Assembly: GCA_963667665.2 (NCBI GenBank)
Contig: OY763927.2
Location: 1,696,001 to 1,760,000 of the forward strand
Length of the DNA stretch: 64,000 nucleotides
Source: Nitrosopumilus sp.
GTDB taxonomy: Archaea > Thermoproteota > Nitrososphaeria > Nitrososphaerales > Nitrosopumilaceae
Reading direction: 5' to 3'
Below the pieces are notes generated by a model. That model had not been told where the DNA came from, searched no databases, and was given only the letters and a program-made list of their open reading frames with translations. Shown here one piece after another: positions 10,279 to 21,281 of the stretch (the stretch's first letter is position 1; every line of letters begins with the position of its first letter). The position numbers and the translations under genes were made by a program.

Positions 10279-11709
10279 TTGGAATTCAAAGAAGGATTAA
10301 CTTTTGATGATGTTCTTCTTGTACCCAAATATTCAGATATCACAAGTAGAAGTCAAACTGATCTTAGTACTAAATTATCTCGAAATATCTCAATTAACAT
10401 TCCTTTTGTAAGTGCAAATATGGATACTGTAACTGAATCTTCTATGGCTATGACAATGGCTCGTGCTGGGGGAATAGGAATAATTCACAGATTTTTATCC
10501 ATTCAAGAACAAGCAAACGAAGTTCTCAAAGTAAAACGTTCAGGTAGTGTAATAATTGAAAATCCTTATTCTATCTCTTCTGACAAGTCTGTTCTAGATG
10601 CTCTAGATTATGCAGAAGACAAAGAGATTTCTGGTCTTTTAGTAGTTGATTCTAGTTCTAAATTGGTAGGAATAATAACTGAGAGAGATTTACTGTTTGC
10701 TGATCCAAATGATCATATTCAAGATGTTATGACAAAAGATGTTGTAACTGCAAAACCTAATGTTACATTAGATGAAGCCAAGGAAATTTTGCACAAACAT
10801 AGAATCGAAAAATTACCAATAGTTGATGATTCAGGAGTTATCAAAGGATTGATAACAAGTAAGGATATTATTAATAATGCCGATTATCCAAATGCATCCA
10901 AAGATAAGAAAGGACGACCATTAGTTGGAGCAGCAGTTGGTGTAAAAGGTGACTTTTTAGAAAGAAGTGAATCTCTTTTAGAATCCGGAGCTGATGTACT
11001 TGTTGTTGATATAGCACATGGTCATAGTGAAAATGCACTAAACACAGTTCGCAATATCAAAAAAGCATTTCCCGATTGTGAATTAATTGCAGGTAATATA
11101 GCAACTGCTCAAGGTGCTGAAGATTTGATAAAAGCAGGAGTTGATGCAGTAAAAGTTGGTGTCGGATCTGGTTCAATTTGTATTACTAGAGTAATCACTG
11201 GTTCTGGTGTGCCTCAATTAACTGCAGTAATGGATTGTGCAAAAATTGGTAAGGATCATGGCATTCCAATAATATCTGATGGTGGTACAAGAACTTCTGG
11301 TGATGCAACAAAGGCATTAGCTGCTGGTGCTTCATCTGTAATGGTAGGTAGTATGCTTGGAGGTACTGATGAATCTCCGGGCACAGTTTTGACTAAAAAT
11401 GGAAAACGATTCAAAGTTTATCGTGGAATGGCATCACTTGCAGCTTCCCTTGGTAGAAAATCTAAAGAAACAGGCTCATTTTCATTTGATGATGATCTCA
11501 ATGACTACGTCGCAGAAGGAGTAGAGGCTATGGTTCCATACAAAGGAACTGTAACTGATATTCTAAAACAACTTACAGGTGGAATACGTTCTGGTTTGAG
11601 CTATTGTGGTGCACATACAATTCCTCAAATGCAAGACAATGCAGAGTTTATCAAAATGTCAAGGGCTGGATTTGCAGAAAGTCAGCCTCATGATGTTTCT
11701 TTGATGTAG
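10279..11709 (+). CDS. guaB: IMP dehydrogenase with CBS pair
   Basis: [28 protein letters not shown] catalytic Cys, YRGMAS. Confidence 0.97.
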   Translation: MEFKEGLTFDDVLLVPKYSDITSRSQTDLSTKLSRNISINIPFVSANMDTVTESSMAMTMARAGGIGIIHRFLSIQEQANEVLKVKRSGSVIIENPYSISSDKSVLDALDYAEDKEISGLLVVDSSSKLVGIITERDLLFADPNDHIQDVMTKDVVTAKPNVTLDEAKEILHKHRIEKLPIVDDSGVIKGLITSKDIINNADYPNASKDKKGRPLVGAAVGVKGDFLERSESLLESGADVLVVDIAHGHSENALNTVRNIKKAFPDCELIAGNIATAQGAEDLIKAGVDAVKVGVGSGSICITRVITGSGVPQLTAVMDCAKIGKDHGIPIISDGGTRTSGDATKALAAGASSVMVGSMLGGTDESPGTVLTKNGKRFKVYRGMASLAASLGRKSKETGSFSFDDDLNDYVAEGVEAMVPYKGTVTDILKQLTGGIRSGLSYCGAHTIPQMQDNAEFIKMSRAGFAESQPHDVSLM

Positions 11710-11744
11710 TTAATTTTTTAAACAACATGCAAAATCATTGAATT

Positions 11745-12215
11745 ATGTTATCAAAAAGAACCATAATTGGCTTAATTCTTGGAATTGCAATTATTATCCT
11801 TGGTGGTGCTTCTTTAATTTTACATACTGGACTACACACTGATGATTTTCAAGATGTTATAGAAGTTGGTGCTCCAGCACACTATACAATCCCTGCTCCT
11901 AATCACACACCACAACATATGATGATTATTGGTGATGCTTTTGATCTCAAATTTACAAGCCCAAGTACTGGATTACAAATTCCAAATGTGACATCCTACA
12001 AAAATGAATTGACTTTAGATTGGGTTCATGTAGCCGATGGTGAAACAAAAATCCAGATCCAAAATACTGGAAATACAGAATTAGAAATTACTGGAGTTAT
12101 AATTACAAGCTATGAACCATTGATTTTTACTCTTGATTTAATGGTGATAATAACAGGAATGGTAATAATTGGATTTAGTATGGGCTTTACCTTAAGAAAA
12201 CCCAAAGGGTTTTAG
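11745..12215 (+). CDS. Hypothetical membrane protein (two TM helices around a beta-rich domain)
   Basis: Hydrophobic N- and C-terminal segments. Confidence 0.7.
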   Translation: MLSKRTIIGLILGIAIIILGGASLILHTGLHTDDFQDVIEVGAPAHYTIPAPNHTPQHMMIIGDAFDLKFTSPSTGLQIPNVTSYKNELTLDWVHVADGETKIQIQNTGNTELEITGVIITSYEPLIFTLDLMVIITGMVIIGFSMGFTLRKPKGF

Positions 12216-13027
12216 CTTAGTTTTGCAGAAGGATACGAACCTAAAACTTTCATGAAGAGAGTTTCTTGTTTTATTTTATCTAGCATTTCTGCAATCTGAG
12301 GATTTTTTTCATGTCCTTCAAAATCTACATAGAAATTATATTCCCACGTATTAGTTTTAGTTGGTCTAGACTCTATCTTTGTAAGATTGACACTATTTTT
12401 GTGAAAATTCTCTATAATTTTGTGTAAAGAACCTGGTTCATGTTTAATGGAAAAAATAATTGAAGTTTTATCATTACCAGTTTCCGGTGATTTGTCTTTT
12501 GATAATATCAAGAATCTAGTATAGTTGTTAAGATTATTTGCAATATTTTCAGAAATAATAGGCATATTGTGTATGGCTGATGCTGCTTTGCTAGCTATAC
12601 ATGCACAATTTTTCTTGTTGAGTTCTTTAACAATTTTTACACTACCTGATGTATCGTATGCAGGAATTGTTTTCATGTTGTGTTGTTCAATAAATTTTCT
12701 ACATTGTCCTAAAGCTTGTGGATGTGAATAGACAGTATCTATTTCATCCAATATGTCAATTCCAATCAAACAATGTTCAATTCTATGATAAACTTCACCT
12801 GTTGCATTTAGAGATGTTGAGTATAGTAGGTCATAACTTTCACCAACACTTCCTTCCAATGAATTCTCTACAGGCAAAATTGCATATTTAGTTTTATCAG
12901 TAGATGTATTTTCTAAAACTTCTGCAAATGTTGAAAGAGGAATAGTCTCAATTTCTTCGTTAAAAAATGATTTTGCTGCAGCTTCACTATATGCACCTCG
13001 TTCACCTTGGAACGAAACATGTATCAT
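12212..13027 (-). CDS. pheA: Prephenate dehydratase with ACT domain
   Basis: FQGERGAYSE, PVENSLEG, SHPQALGQC, NYTRF, LTKIESRP. Confidence 0.95.
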   Translation of the reverse strand: MIHVSFQGERGAYSEAAAKSFFNEEIETIPLSTFAEVLENTSTDKTKYAILPVENSLEGSVGESYDLLYSTSLNATGEVYHRIEHCLIGIDILDEIDTVYSHPQALGQCRKFIEQHNMKTIPAYDTSGSVKIVKELNKKNCACIASKAASAIHNMPIISENIANNLNNYTRFLILSKDKSPETGNDKTSIIFSIKHEPGSLHKIIENFHKNSVNLTKIESRPTKTNTWEYNFYVDFEGHEKNPQIAEMLDKIKQETLFMKVLGSYPSAKLS

Positions 13028-13030
13028 TTT

Positions 13031-13582
13031 TTAATCTCTCAAATTGAAGAAATCACTTTTGCCAAAGTTTGATGAAAGTTTTCTTTCATCAATCCATGAA
13101 CATTCTGTACATTTTATAGCATCACGCATTGGTACAACTTTACCTCCACATTTCCTACATTTCGTGAATAAAACTCCTAAACCTGGTTCACTAATTGCTG
13201 CATGAATTGTTCCATTAAGATGACTAATAATTTTCAATGTTACTATATCGTTAACTAATGCTACATTTCTTATTCTGATATTTCGAGTTCCACAGATGCA
13301 TTCCACTTTTGATGTAGTAGGTTTTCCATTAATGTAATCAATTGATACTGCAATCATAGATGACATTACTGCTGCAACTGTTCCAATAACAATATCTCCA
13401 TCTTTTGGAATTGATAGAAGTTTAGGATGCTTTATGCTAGCAATTCGTGTAGTTTTATCAATGTTTTTTTGTCCTACAGTTGCTGCTCTAACCATATCTC
13501 CATCATCAAAAGTATTGTATCCAGCCTCATATTCTTCAATAGATGCTATTTTGTCACCTGGAAATGCTGTATTTTCCGACAT
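13031..13582 (-). CDS. csl4: Exosome complex RNA-binding protein Csl4
   Basis: PGD..IEEY N-terminus, S1 domain, CxxC..CxxC zinc ribbon, ERKLS. Confidence 0.9.
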   Translation of the reverse strand: MSENTAFPGDKIASIEEYEAGYNTFDDGDMVRAATVGQKNIDKTTRIASIKHPKLLSIPKDGDIVIGTVAAVMSSMIAVSIDYINGKPTTSKVECICGTRNIRIRNVALVNDIVTLKIISHLNGTIHAAISEPGLGVLFTKCRKCGGKVVPMRDAIKCTECSWIDERKLSSNFGKSDFFNLRD

Positions 13583-13669
13583 GCAGTGATTTTTGCTGTT
13601 ATGATTATAATTGTTTGTGGTGCGAAAGATTTTGGCAAATCATATATCTTCAAAAATTTGAAAAAAATC

Positions 13670-14746
13670 ATGAAAGCCCTAGTATATGAAAAATATACTA
13701 CTGATGATGATTTTTCTAAAATCTTAAAAATCAAAGACATTCCTTCCCCTAAACCAAAACCTGATGAAGTTATTTTCAAAGTTAAAACAGCATCACTCAA
13801 CTATGATGATATTTGGGGAATGAGAGGTAAACCATTGGCAATTCCATTGCCACACATATCTGGAACTGATGCTGCAGGAGAAGTTACTGCAATTGGTAGT
13901 GATGTAAAAAATATCAAAGTAGGTGATAGAGTTGTTTCTCATGGTAACATGTCGTGTAGAGTTTGCAAAGCATGTACTGATGGTAGAGAATTTGATTGCA
14001 GGAAACGAACTATTTGGGGATTTGAAACAGGCCCACTTTGGGGTGGATACTGTGAAGAAACTCATCTTCCTGAAGTTAATGTTGTGAAGATTCCAGAAGG
14101 AGTATCATATGATCAAGCAGCTGCTGCATCAATGACTTTACTGACATCATGGCATATGCTTATTGGAAGAGCAAAAATTCAACCTGGCCAATTAGTTTTG
14201 ATTATGGGTGGAAGTTCTGGTGTTGGAAATTATGGAATTCAAATTGCAAAACTTTTTGGGTGTACTGTAATTGCTACTGCTAGTCCTGATAAGTTAGAAA
14301 AGTTGTTAGAACTTGGAGCAGATTATGCAGTAGATCATAGAAAAGAAGATTGGCATAAAGAAGTTAGAGCAATTGCAAAAAAAATCCCAAAATCTTTTGG
14401 TGATGTACCTGGAGTTGATGTGATTTTTGAACATATTGGAGGCACTCATTGGAACAAAGAATTGACTCTGCTAAATTATGGTGGAACAATAGTCACTACT
14501 GGAGCTACAACAGGTTATGATGCCAAGACTGATCTACGTCATATTTTCTTTAAGGGAATCAATATTCTGGGCTCAACTCAAGGTACAAGGGCTGAATTAG
14601 AACAAGGCATCTATTGGATGTCCCAAGGTAAAATAAAATCTGTAATTGATTCAATATATCCACTTGAACAGGCAGCTGAGGCTCACACAAAAATGCTGAA
14701 AGGTAAAGGACTTTTTGGAAAAATCTTAATGAAACCAGAATTATGA
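13670..14746 (+). CDS. Zinc-binding medium-chain dehydrogenase/reductase (enoyl-CoA/quinone reductase-like)
   Basis: Start reassigned to the ATG at 13670 (MKALVYE); LNYDD, GTDAAG, structural Zn CxxCxxC..C, GGSSGVG nucleotide motif. Confidence 0.88.
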   Translation: MKALVYEKYTTDDDFSKILKIKDIPSPKPKPDEVIFKVKTASLNYDDIWGMRGKPLAIPLPHISGTDAAGEVTAIGSDVKNIKVGDRVVSHGNMSCRVCKACTDGREFDCRKRTIWGFETGPLWGGYCEETHLPEVNVVKIPEGVSYDQAAAASMTLLTSWHMLIGRAKIQPGQLVLIMGGSSGVGNYGIQIAKLFGCTVIATASPDKLEKLLELGADYAVDHRKEDWHKEVRAIAKKIPKSFGDVPGVDVIFEHIGGTHWNKELTLLNYGGTIVTTGATTGYDAKTDLRHIFFKGINILGSTQGTRAELEQGIYWMSQGKIKSVIDSIYPLEQAAEAHTKMLKGKGLFGKILMKPEL

Positions 14747-15352
14747 TTGATAATGGTAGATCCTAAAATAAATTCCATTTTAGATGAGGGAAACAGATTA
14801 TTTCTTCAAGGAAAACTAAAAGAAGCAATTACCTATTATGATAAAATTCTAAATGATTATCCGAAAAATCTTAGTTCACTTAACAATAAGGGATATGCAT
14901 TAAGCAAACTCAAAGATTTTGATAACGCTATAAAATGCTATGATATAGCTCTTCAGGTATATCCAAATGATCTTTCTGTGTTAGTAAATAAAATATCCAC
15001 TATTCGTAAACAAGGAAATTTTGTTAAAGCACTAACACTATGTGATGAAATTTTAAAGGATAATCCAAAATACAACATTGCATTATATCACAAAGAACGA
15101 ATATTATTTTCTATGAAAAAATTTGATGAATCAATTCTATGTTGTGATAGTATATTGAAAGATTATCCAAATAATGGTGATGTTTTATTTGATAAATCAT
15201 GTAATCTTGTAATGCTCTCAAAAATTGATGATGCACTTGAGTTACTTGAATGTGCAATTATTCAAGGAATTCAATACAAAGTTAAAGCAAAAAAATCAAA
15301 ATCGTTTGAAAAACTATTCGATAACTCTAAATTCAAAAAATTAGTATCTTAA
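14747..15352 (+). CDS. Tetratricopeptide repeat protein
   Basis: Repeated NKG.AL..L..F..AI.CYD units. Confidence 0.88.
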   Translation: MIMVDPKINSILDEGNRLFLQGKLKEAITYYDKILNDYPKNLSSLNNKGYALSKLKDFDNAIKCYDIALQVYPNDLSVLVNKISTIRKQGNFVKALTLCDEILKDNPKYNIALYHKERILFSMKKFDESILCCDSILKDYPNNGDVLFDKSCNLVMLSKIDDALELLECAIIQGIQYKVKAKKSKSFEKLFDNSKFKKLVS

Positions 15353-16348
15353 TTATAACCAATGTGGAATTTCTAAATATTCTTCAATACTTTCATTTCG
15401 TAAAATTTTGAGAAGGGCGTTTGCCTGAGGTGTTGACAATACTGGTTTGTCAAACTGATTATCTGTAGAAATTCTTGGGCACGCTACTTGAACAAACGCA
15501 TCAATTCCTTTAAGATTTCTTAATCTTTCACTTGTAATGTCAGTTAATGCAAATAACTGAACTTCTTTTCCTTGTTCTTCTAATTCTTTTTTAATTTTTA
15601 AAGCAAATACTTTGGATAGTTGTCCTTCTTTTAGTCCTACAATTACACCAAATGATTTTGCTTCAGCTGCTTTGTAAATTGCAAGAGTTGCTTTCTTTTT
15701 TAATTTCTGAGCAAATTCTGTAATTTCTCTTACTTCATTAAAGTAAGGATCTAAAACATAAGTTGGTAAATTTGTTGATAGTGCAATTCCTGCTGCATGA
15801 AAATTACTTTGACCTAAAAACACATAGGCATCTACTTCTTTTTTTAGACTTGATGCAGGGTAAAACTCACAACCAAACACTTGACCATCATTTAATTGTC
15901 CTTTCCCTTTCCCAATTTTGACTTTGATTCCATTCTCTGTTAAAATTTTTTCAACTTTGTCTATTTGATGTAAATGTTGACTGTCTGTAACTAATGAAAT
16001 TATTTTCCCTTTTAATATCTCTCCACATTTTTTTGCAACACTGTCAAATTCAACATCATCAAATGCATCAATTAAAATTAAATTTTTTTCTGGTGATTCA
16101 GTGTTTATTGTATGTCCAATGTTGAATTGAATTTCTGCTCCAAGAACTTTTGAACCATTTGAATTCAAATCACAAGTTCCCCATGTTGTATCTGCTAAAA
16201 CATATGCTGGGATCCCAAATTTTTTTGTAATATTCATAGCAGTTTCTTGAACTTGAGGTAAAATTCCATCAGGACCATTTACTGAAACTGATGCTGGATT
16301 TTTATCTTCAATTTCTTTGAAAATTCTTTCTTCATCTATTATTATCAA
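15353..16348 (-). CDS. dph2: Diphthamide biosynthesis enzyme Dph2
   Basis: WGTCD, GH, GQVFGC, ACPRI: the three Fe-S cysteines. Confidence 0.93.
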   Translation of the reverse strand: MIIIDEERIFKEIEDKNPASVSVNGPDGILPQVQETAMNITKKFGIPAYVLADTTWGTCDLNSNGSKVLGAEIQFNIGHTINTESPEKNLILIDAFDDVEFDSVAKKCGEILKGKIISLVTDSQHLHQIDKVEKILTENGIKVKIGKGKGQLNDGQVFGCEFYPASSLKKEVDAYVFLGQSNFHAAGIALSTNLPTYVLDPYFNEVREITEFAQKLKKKATLAIYKAAEAKSFGVIVGLKEGQLSKVFALKIKKELEEQGKEVQLFALTDITSERLRNLKGIDAFVQVACPRISTDNQFDKPVLSTPQANALLKILRNESIEEYLEIPHWL

Positions 16349-16430
16349 TTTAGCTTGGAATCTAACTTTATTAATTTAAATCAACTGTACTCTCCAACAA
16401 CTAAAAATGCCTGAGTTGTTCAATTGATTT

Positions 16431-17756
16431 ATGGTTCAAACTGTTCTCAATATTGGATTTGATGATACAGATTCCCCTCAAGGAATGTGTACCACATTTT
16501 TAGCATACAAAATTGTTGATTTACTTCAAAAACAGAAAACTGAATTTCTTGATTTTCCTAGATTAATTAGATTTAATCCTAATATTCCATGGAAAACTCG
16601 TGGTAATGGAGCAGTTTCAATCAGAATAAAGACTAAAAATCCTTCTAAGGTTAAAAATCAAATTAAAAATCTTGTTTCAAAATATTCTGATGTTAAAAAT
16701 GGAGCAAATCCTGGTTTAGTATTTTTTGAAAGTGATGCAATCCCTACTGAATTTATAAATTTTAGTAACTTAGCTCTATGGCAATTAATTAATAGAAACA
16801 GTGCAAAAAAATTTGCCAAAAAAAATTGTCTTGAATTTTTCTATCAAGGAAACGGTCAAGGACTTGTTGGTGCAATTGGTGCAATAGGATATGATTTTCA
16901 TGATCATACCTTAGAACTTTTGAGTTATCGTAAAAGAAAAAAATTTGGAAAAGAAAGAAAAATTTCTTCTACAAGTGTAAAAATTATGCAGGAAAAAACT
17001 TCTCCAAACACGTTTAATAGTTTTGATACAAAAAAAGGACGAATTTTAATTACTCCACATGGTCCAGATCCTGTATTTTATGGTGTTAGAGGTGAAAATG
17101 TGAATTCATTATTGTATGCTACAAAGATTCTAAAAAGTGATGAAAAATTAGATGGTTACATGATCTTCAAATCTAATCAAGGAACTGGAGATCATTTGAA
17201 AAATGAATTAAATTTTGAAAACATGAAACCTTATGCTTCTGGAAAAATCACCGGCGTTGTATCCAACACACCAAAAATTGTCAAAGGAGGACATGTATTT
17301 TTCAGAATTCTTTCTAAAAGTCATGAATTTTGGTGTGCAGTTTACAAACCAACAGGAATCTCATCTATTGCTTTGAATTTGATTAAAGGAGACAAGATAT
17401 GTGTAGGTGGAGGAGTTCGAAAGGCATCAAAAAATTTTCCTCGAATCATTAATCTTGAATTTATTGATGTCATTCACCTTGAAAAGAATCTTTCAAAATC
17501 TAATCCCATTTGCAAAAAATGTAACAAAAACATGAAATCTAAAGGTCAGAATCAAGGATTTCAGTGTATTAGATGTGGAAAAAAATATTCTAAAAAAATA
17601 ACTATTGATATTCCAAGAAAAATCAAAAAACAAATGTATATTCCAAATATGTCTGCACATAGACACCTAACAAGACCTTTACAACGAATTGGAATTTCTA
17701 ACAAAATCTCAAAATTTGATAAATCTCTTTCATGGTTTTGCGTTTATAGAAACTAA
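16431..17756 (+). CDS. tiaS: tRNA(Ile2) agmatidine synthetase
   Basis: IGFDDTDS, GMCTT, NPNIPWKTRGNGA, PHGPDPVFYGVRG, NQGT, C-terminal Zn ribbon, RHL.RP. Confidence 0.94.
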   Translation: MVQTVLNIGFDDTDSPQGMCTTFLAYKIVDLLQKQKTEFLDFPRLIRFNPNIPWKTRGNGAVSIRIKTKNPSKVKNQIKNLVSKYSDVKNGANPGLVFFESDAIPTEFINFSNLALWQLINRNSAKKFAKKNCLEFFYQGNGQGLVGAIGAIGYDFHDHTLELLSYRKRKKFGKERKISSTSVKIMQEKTSPNTFNSFDTKKGRILITPHGPDPVFYGVRGENVNSLLYATKILKSDEKLDGYMIFKSNQGTGDHLKNELNFENMKPYASGKITGVVSNTPKIVKGGHVFFRILSKSHEFWCAVYKPTGISSIALNLIKGDKICVGGGVRKASKNFPRIINLEFIDVIHLEKNLSKSNPICKKCNKNMKSKGQNQGFQCIRCGKKYSKKITIDIPRKIKKQMYIPNMSAHRHLTRPLQRIGISNKISKFDKSLSWFCVYRN

Positions 17757-17757
17757 A

Positions 17758-17832
17758 TAGCGGGGAGTAGATTTGAACTACTGATTTGCGGGTTATGAGC
17801 CCGCCGGGATGACCTGACTTCCCCACCCCGCT
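17758..17832 (-). tRNA. tRNA-Met(CAT), initiator
   Basis: Reverse complement reads AGCGGGGTGGGGAAGTCAGGTCATCCCGGCGGGCTCATAACCCGCAAATCAGTAGTTCAAATCTACTCCCCGCTA; A1:U72 pair and three consecutive G:C pairs in the anticodon stem. Confidence 0.93.
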
Positions 17833-17914
17833 GATCGATAAAAGATGATCTGCCGTATATACGCTTTATCAAATTTTTAAAGTAATTAATAGGAATTCAA
17901 AATCTTCTCTTTTT

Positions 17915-19006
17915 GTGGATAAAAAAATTCAAATCATTGCTATTATTGCAGTTGTAATATTTTCTGTTTTTGTTTTAACTTCTACATCAGATCCTATTCC
18001 ATTACCTGCACCTACGTCAAATTCTGAAAGTGCATCTGTAATTATTTTAGCTGAAAATCTTGACAAACCTCGTGCAATTGCTATTTCTGATAACCGAATT
18101 TTTATTACAGAAAAAGATGGATTCATTAGAGTAATTCAAAATAATACTTTGATAGAATCACCATTAGCTGTATTTCGCTCTGCTAATGTATTTGATGGAG
18201 GGTTGTTGGGTATTACACTTCATCCAGATTTTTTAAATAATCATTACATCTATGTATTTTTGACATATGAAGAAGATGGAAATTTGTGGAACAAGATTCT
18301 GAAAATAACTGAATCTGAAAATAAATTACAAGATGCTGAAATTATTTTTGATAAAATTCCTGGCTCTTCTTTTACCAATGGTGGTTTTCTAAAATTTGGA
18401 CCTGATGGAAAACTGTATGTGGGCACTGGTACAATTTCTGATTCGTCTCATCTTCCACAAGACCTTGATTCTTTATCTGGAAAAATTTTAAGATTAAATG
18501 ATGATGGTACTATTCCAAATGATAATCCATTTTCTGATTCTCCAGTCTATTCTTTAGGACATCGAAATCCTCAAGGAATGACTTGGGATGATAATGGCAA
18601 CATGTTTGTAGCAGAATTTGGGCCTGAAAAAAATGATGAAATTAATCTAATTCAAGCAGGAAAAAACTATGGCTGGCCTGAACAACAATGCTCTGGTAAT
18701 GAGAACTTTGAAAACCCTATTCTTTGTTTTGATCCAAGTATAGAACCAGGTGGTATCTTGTTTTATTCTGGAGATAAACTTGATTTTGAATCTCCATTCA
18801 TAATGGCCTCTATGAGAGCAACTAATCTTTACCAGCTAGATTTTGAAGAAGGGCTCAGTTCTCAAAAATCTATTCTCAGCGGAATTGGTCGTGTTCGTGA
18901 TGTGGTCCAAGGTTCTGATGGAAGTCTTTATGTAATTACTTCAAATACTGATGGAAAAGGTTTTCCAGATAGAATGGATGATAAATTATTGAGGATAATA
19001 AAATAA
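17915..19006 (+). CDS. PQQ-dependent sugar dehydrogenase (soluble GDH/sorbosone dehydrogenase beta-propeller), membrane-anchored
   Basis: GGLLGITLHPDF, FGPDGKLYV, GKILRLNDDG, GHRNPQG, DEIN, NYGWP, GRVRDV. Confidence 0.9.
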   Translation: MDKKIQIIAIIAVVIFSVFVLTSTSDPIPLPAPTSNSESASVIILAENLDKPRAIAISDNRIFITEKDGFIRVIQNNTLIESPLAVFRSANVFDGGLLGITLHPDFLNNHYIYVFLTYEEDGNLWNKILKITESENKLQDAEIIFDKIPGSSFTNGGFLKFGPDGKLYVGTGTISDSSHLPQDLDSLSGKILRLNDDGTIPNDNPFSDSPVYSLGHRNPQGMTWDDNGNMFVAEFGPEKNDEINLIQAGKNYGWPEQQCSGNENFENPILCFDPSIEPGGILFYSGDKLDFESPFIMASMRATNLYQLDFEEGLSSQKSILSGIGRVRDVVQGSDGSLYVITSNTDGKGFPDRMDDKLLRIIK

Positions 19007-19007
19007 A

Positions 19008-20264
19008 ATGCCAGACTCGTCAATTTCAAAGTTTTTTGAAAAATCAAGAAAAGAAAGATTAGATATTGTTGCAAATTTTGCAAACCTTTCTAGTGAAGAA
19101 TTAGATATTTTACAAAGCAACAATGGAGGTATTTCATATGATAAAGCAGATAAAATGGTGGAAAATACTATTGGTACATTTTCTCTTCCTTTAGGAATTG
19201 CAACAAACTTCAAGATTAATGGTAAAGACTACATAATTCCAATGGTAATTGAGGAACCATCTGTAATTGCTGCAGCATCAAGAGGAGCCAAAATTGCACG
19301 TATTAAAGGTGGATTTGAAGTTACAGCAAATGAATCTTACAGTATTGGTCAAATACAAGTTTTAGATGTTGATATTGATTCTGCAATTCAAAAAATCAAT
19401 AATTCTTCAAATGAAATTATTAAACTAGCAAATTCCAAAAGTAATACATTATCTAAAATGGGTAAAGGTGCAAAAGAAATTTCTTGTAAAGAAATTGATA
19501 CACCATCTTGCAAAATGCTTATTGTAGAATTATTAATTGATGTTGGAGATGCAATGGGTGCAAATATTACTAATACGATGTGTGAAGCTGTTTCACCATT
19601 AATTGAAAAGATTACAGGCGGACGAACATTACTTCGAATATTATCAAATTATTCTACTAGAAGAATTGCTAAAGCAAAGGCTGTATTTGAAAAAGAAGCT
19701 GTTGGCGGAGAATCTGTTGTTGATGATATAATTTTAGCATTTGAATTCGCTGATAATGATGTCTATCGAGCAGTAACTCACAACAAAGGTATTATGAATG
19801 GAACCATATCTGTGGCAAATGCAACTGGTCAGGATAGTAGAGCCATTGAAGCTGCAGCAAATGCTTATGCTTCAAAATCTGGAATATATCGTTCTCTTAG
19901 TAAATGGAGTAAAGATGATGATGGTAATTTAGTTGGAAGCTTGGAAATTCCTTTGTCCGTTGGAATTGTAGGTGGAATTGCAAATGTGCATCCTATGGCC
20001 AAAGTCTGCATAAAGATTCTTGGAGTTTCATCAGCACAAGAACTTGCATGTGTAATGACTGCAACTGGTTTGGCTCAAAATTACAGTGCCATTAGAGCTC
20101 TTGCTACTGAAGGAATTCAAAAGGGACACATGCGTCTTCATGCAAGAAATCTTGCAGCTGCTGCAGGAGCTACGTCTGGACAGATAGATAAAATTGTTCA
20201 AAAAATGATTGAAGAAAAGAAAATTTCACTTGATAGAGCTAAAGAATTACTTGAGCAAATTTAA
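19008..20264 (+). CDS. hmgA: HMG-CoA reductase (class II)
   Basis: ENTIG, PMVIEEPSVIAAAS, DAMGAN, THNKGIMNG, GIQKGHMRLH. Confidence 0.95.
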   Translation: MPDSSISKFFEKSRKERLDIVANFANLSSEELDILQSNNGGISYDKADKMVENTIGTFSLPLGIATNFKINGKDYIIPMVIEEPSVIAAASRGAKIARIKGGFEVTANESYSIGQIQVLDVDIDSAIQKINNSSNEIIKLANSKSNTLSKMGKGAKEISCKEIDTPSCKMLIVELLIDVGDAMGANITNTMCEAVSPLIEKITGGRTLLRILSNYSTRRIAKAKAVFEKEAVGGESVVDDIILAFEFADNDVYRAVTHNKGIMNGTISVANATGQDSRAIEAAANAYASKSGIYRSLSKWSKDDDGNLVGSLEIPLSVGIVGGIANVHPMAKVCIKILGVSSAQELACVMTATGLAQNYSAIRALATEGIQKGHMRLHARNLAAAAGATSGQIDKIVQKMIEEKKISLDRAKELLEQI

Positions 20265-20297
20265 ACATGCGATTATATACCTAAAAAGTGAAAAAAA

Positions 20298-21281
20298 TTG
20301 GAAATGTCTGAAATAAGATTTGCTATCCCTAAAGGAAGTTTAGAGGATGCTACTTTCAAACTATTAGAAAAATCTTGGACTAAAGTTACTCGAAAAAGTA
20401 GAACTTATCGAGTTTACTTGGATGATCCAAATATTATTGTCAAGATGCTTCGTCCACAAGAGATTCCAACTTTGGTTGCAGAAGGATTGTATGATGTAGG
20501 CATTACTGGAAAAGATTGGGTAGGTGAAACCAATTCTGATGTTGAACCCATTTTAGATTTGGAGTATGGAAAAATTAGACTAGTGGTAGCTTTTCCAGAT
20601 AAATATCGTTACAAAAATCTTGATGAAATGATTGCAGATTATGGTAAAAAGAAAAAAATACTTCGTATATCTTCTGAATATCTTACTACCACCTCCAAAT
20701 TTCTTAAACAGTCAAAGTCTTACAAAAAATATTATGGTTCCAAAGATCCACTAATTGTAACTCCATGGGTTCGATTAGGAACTAACAAAAATGTTCAAAT
20801 TCATCTATCCTTCGGTGCAACTGAGGCAAAACCTCCTGAAGATGTAGATGCAATAGTGGATGTTACTGAAACTGGCACAACTCTAAAACAAAATAAATTA
20901 AAAATTGTTGATGAAGTGCTTACATCTACTGCACACTTGATTATAAACAAGAAATCATTAAAGGATCCAAAAAAACGTGAAAAAATATTTGATATTGTAA
21001 CTCTTATGAGGGGAGCTGTTTATGGTAAAAAATACTTGCACATTTACCTAAATGTTGAAGAGAAAAATCTAAAGAAACTTCTAGCACAGATGCCATCTCT
21101 CAAAAAACCAACTATAAGCCCACTTAGTGAGAAAGGATGGTATGGGATAAACACAGTCATAAAAAAAGACGAATTTTACAAACTTATTCCAAAACTAAGG
21201 AAGATTGCTCAAGGTCTTGTAGTTCATGAACCACGACAAATACTGGATCTTGAGGAGATCAAACGTGACGAAGAAAATTGA
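20298..21281 (+). CDS. hisG: ATP phosphoribosyltransferase (long form)
   Basis: AIPKGSL, RPQEIP, DVGITGKD, GATE, DVTETGTTL. Confidence 0.95.
   Translation: MEMSEIRFAIPKGSLEDATFKLLEKSWTKVTRKSRTYRVYLDDPNIIVKMLRPQEIPTLVAEGLYDVGITGKDWVGETNSDVEPILDLEYGKIRLVVAFPDKYRYKNLDEMIADYGKKKKILRISSEYLTTTSKFLKQSKSYKKYYGSKDPLIVTPWVRLGTNKNVQIHLSFGATEAKPPEDVDAIVDVTETGTTLKQNKLKIVDEVLTSTAHLIINKKSLKDPKKREKIFDIVTLMRGAVYGKKYLHIYLNVEEKNLKKLLAQMPSLKKPTISPLSEKGWYGINTVIKKDEFYKLIPKLRKIAQGLVVHEPRQILDLEEIKRDEEN

Noticed and set aside
13427-13669. 81-aa N-terminal extension of the MDR dehydrogenase in the ORF track
   Set aside because: It overlaps csl4 on the opposite strand; the family N-terminus begins at MKALVYE (13670).
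17758-17832. CAT-anticodon tRNA next to tiaS as its substrate tRNA-Ile2
   Set aside because: The A1:U72 pair and three G:C anticodon-stem pairs identify it as initiator tRNA-Met; the adjacency looks coincidental.
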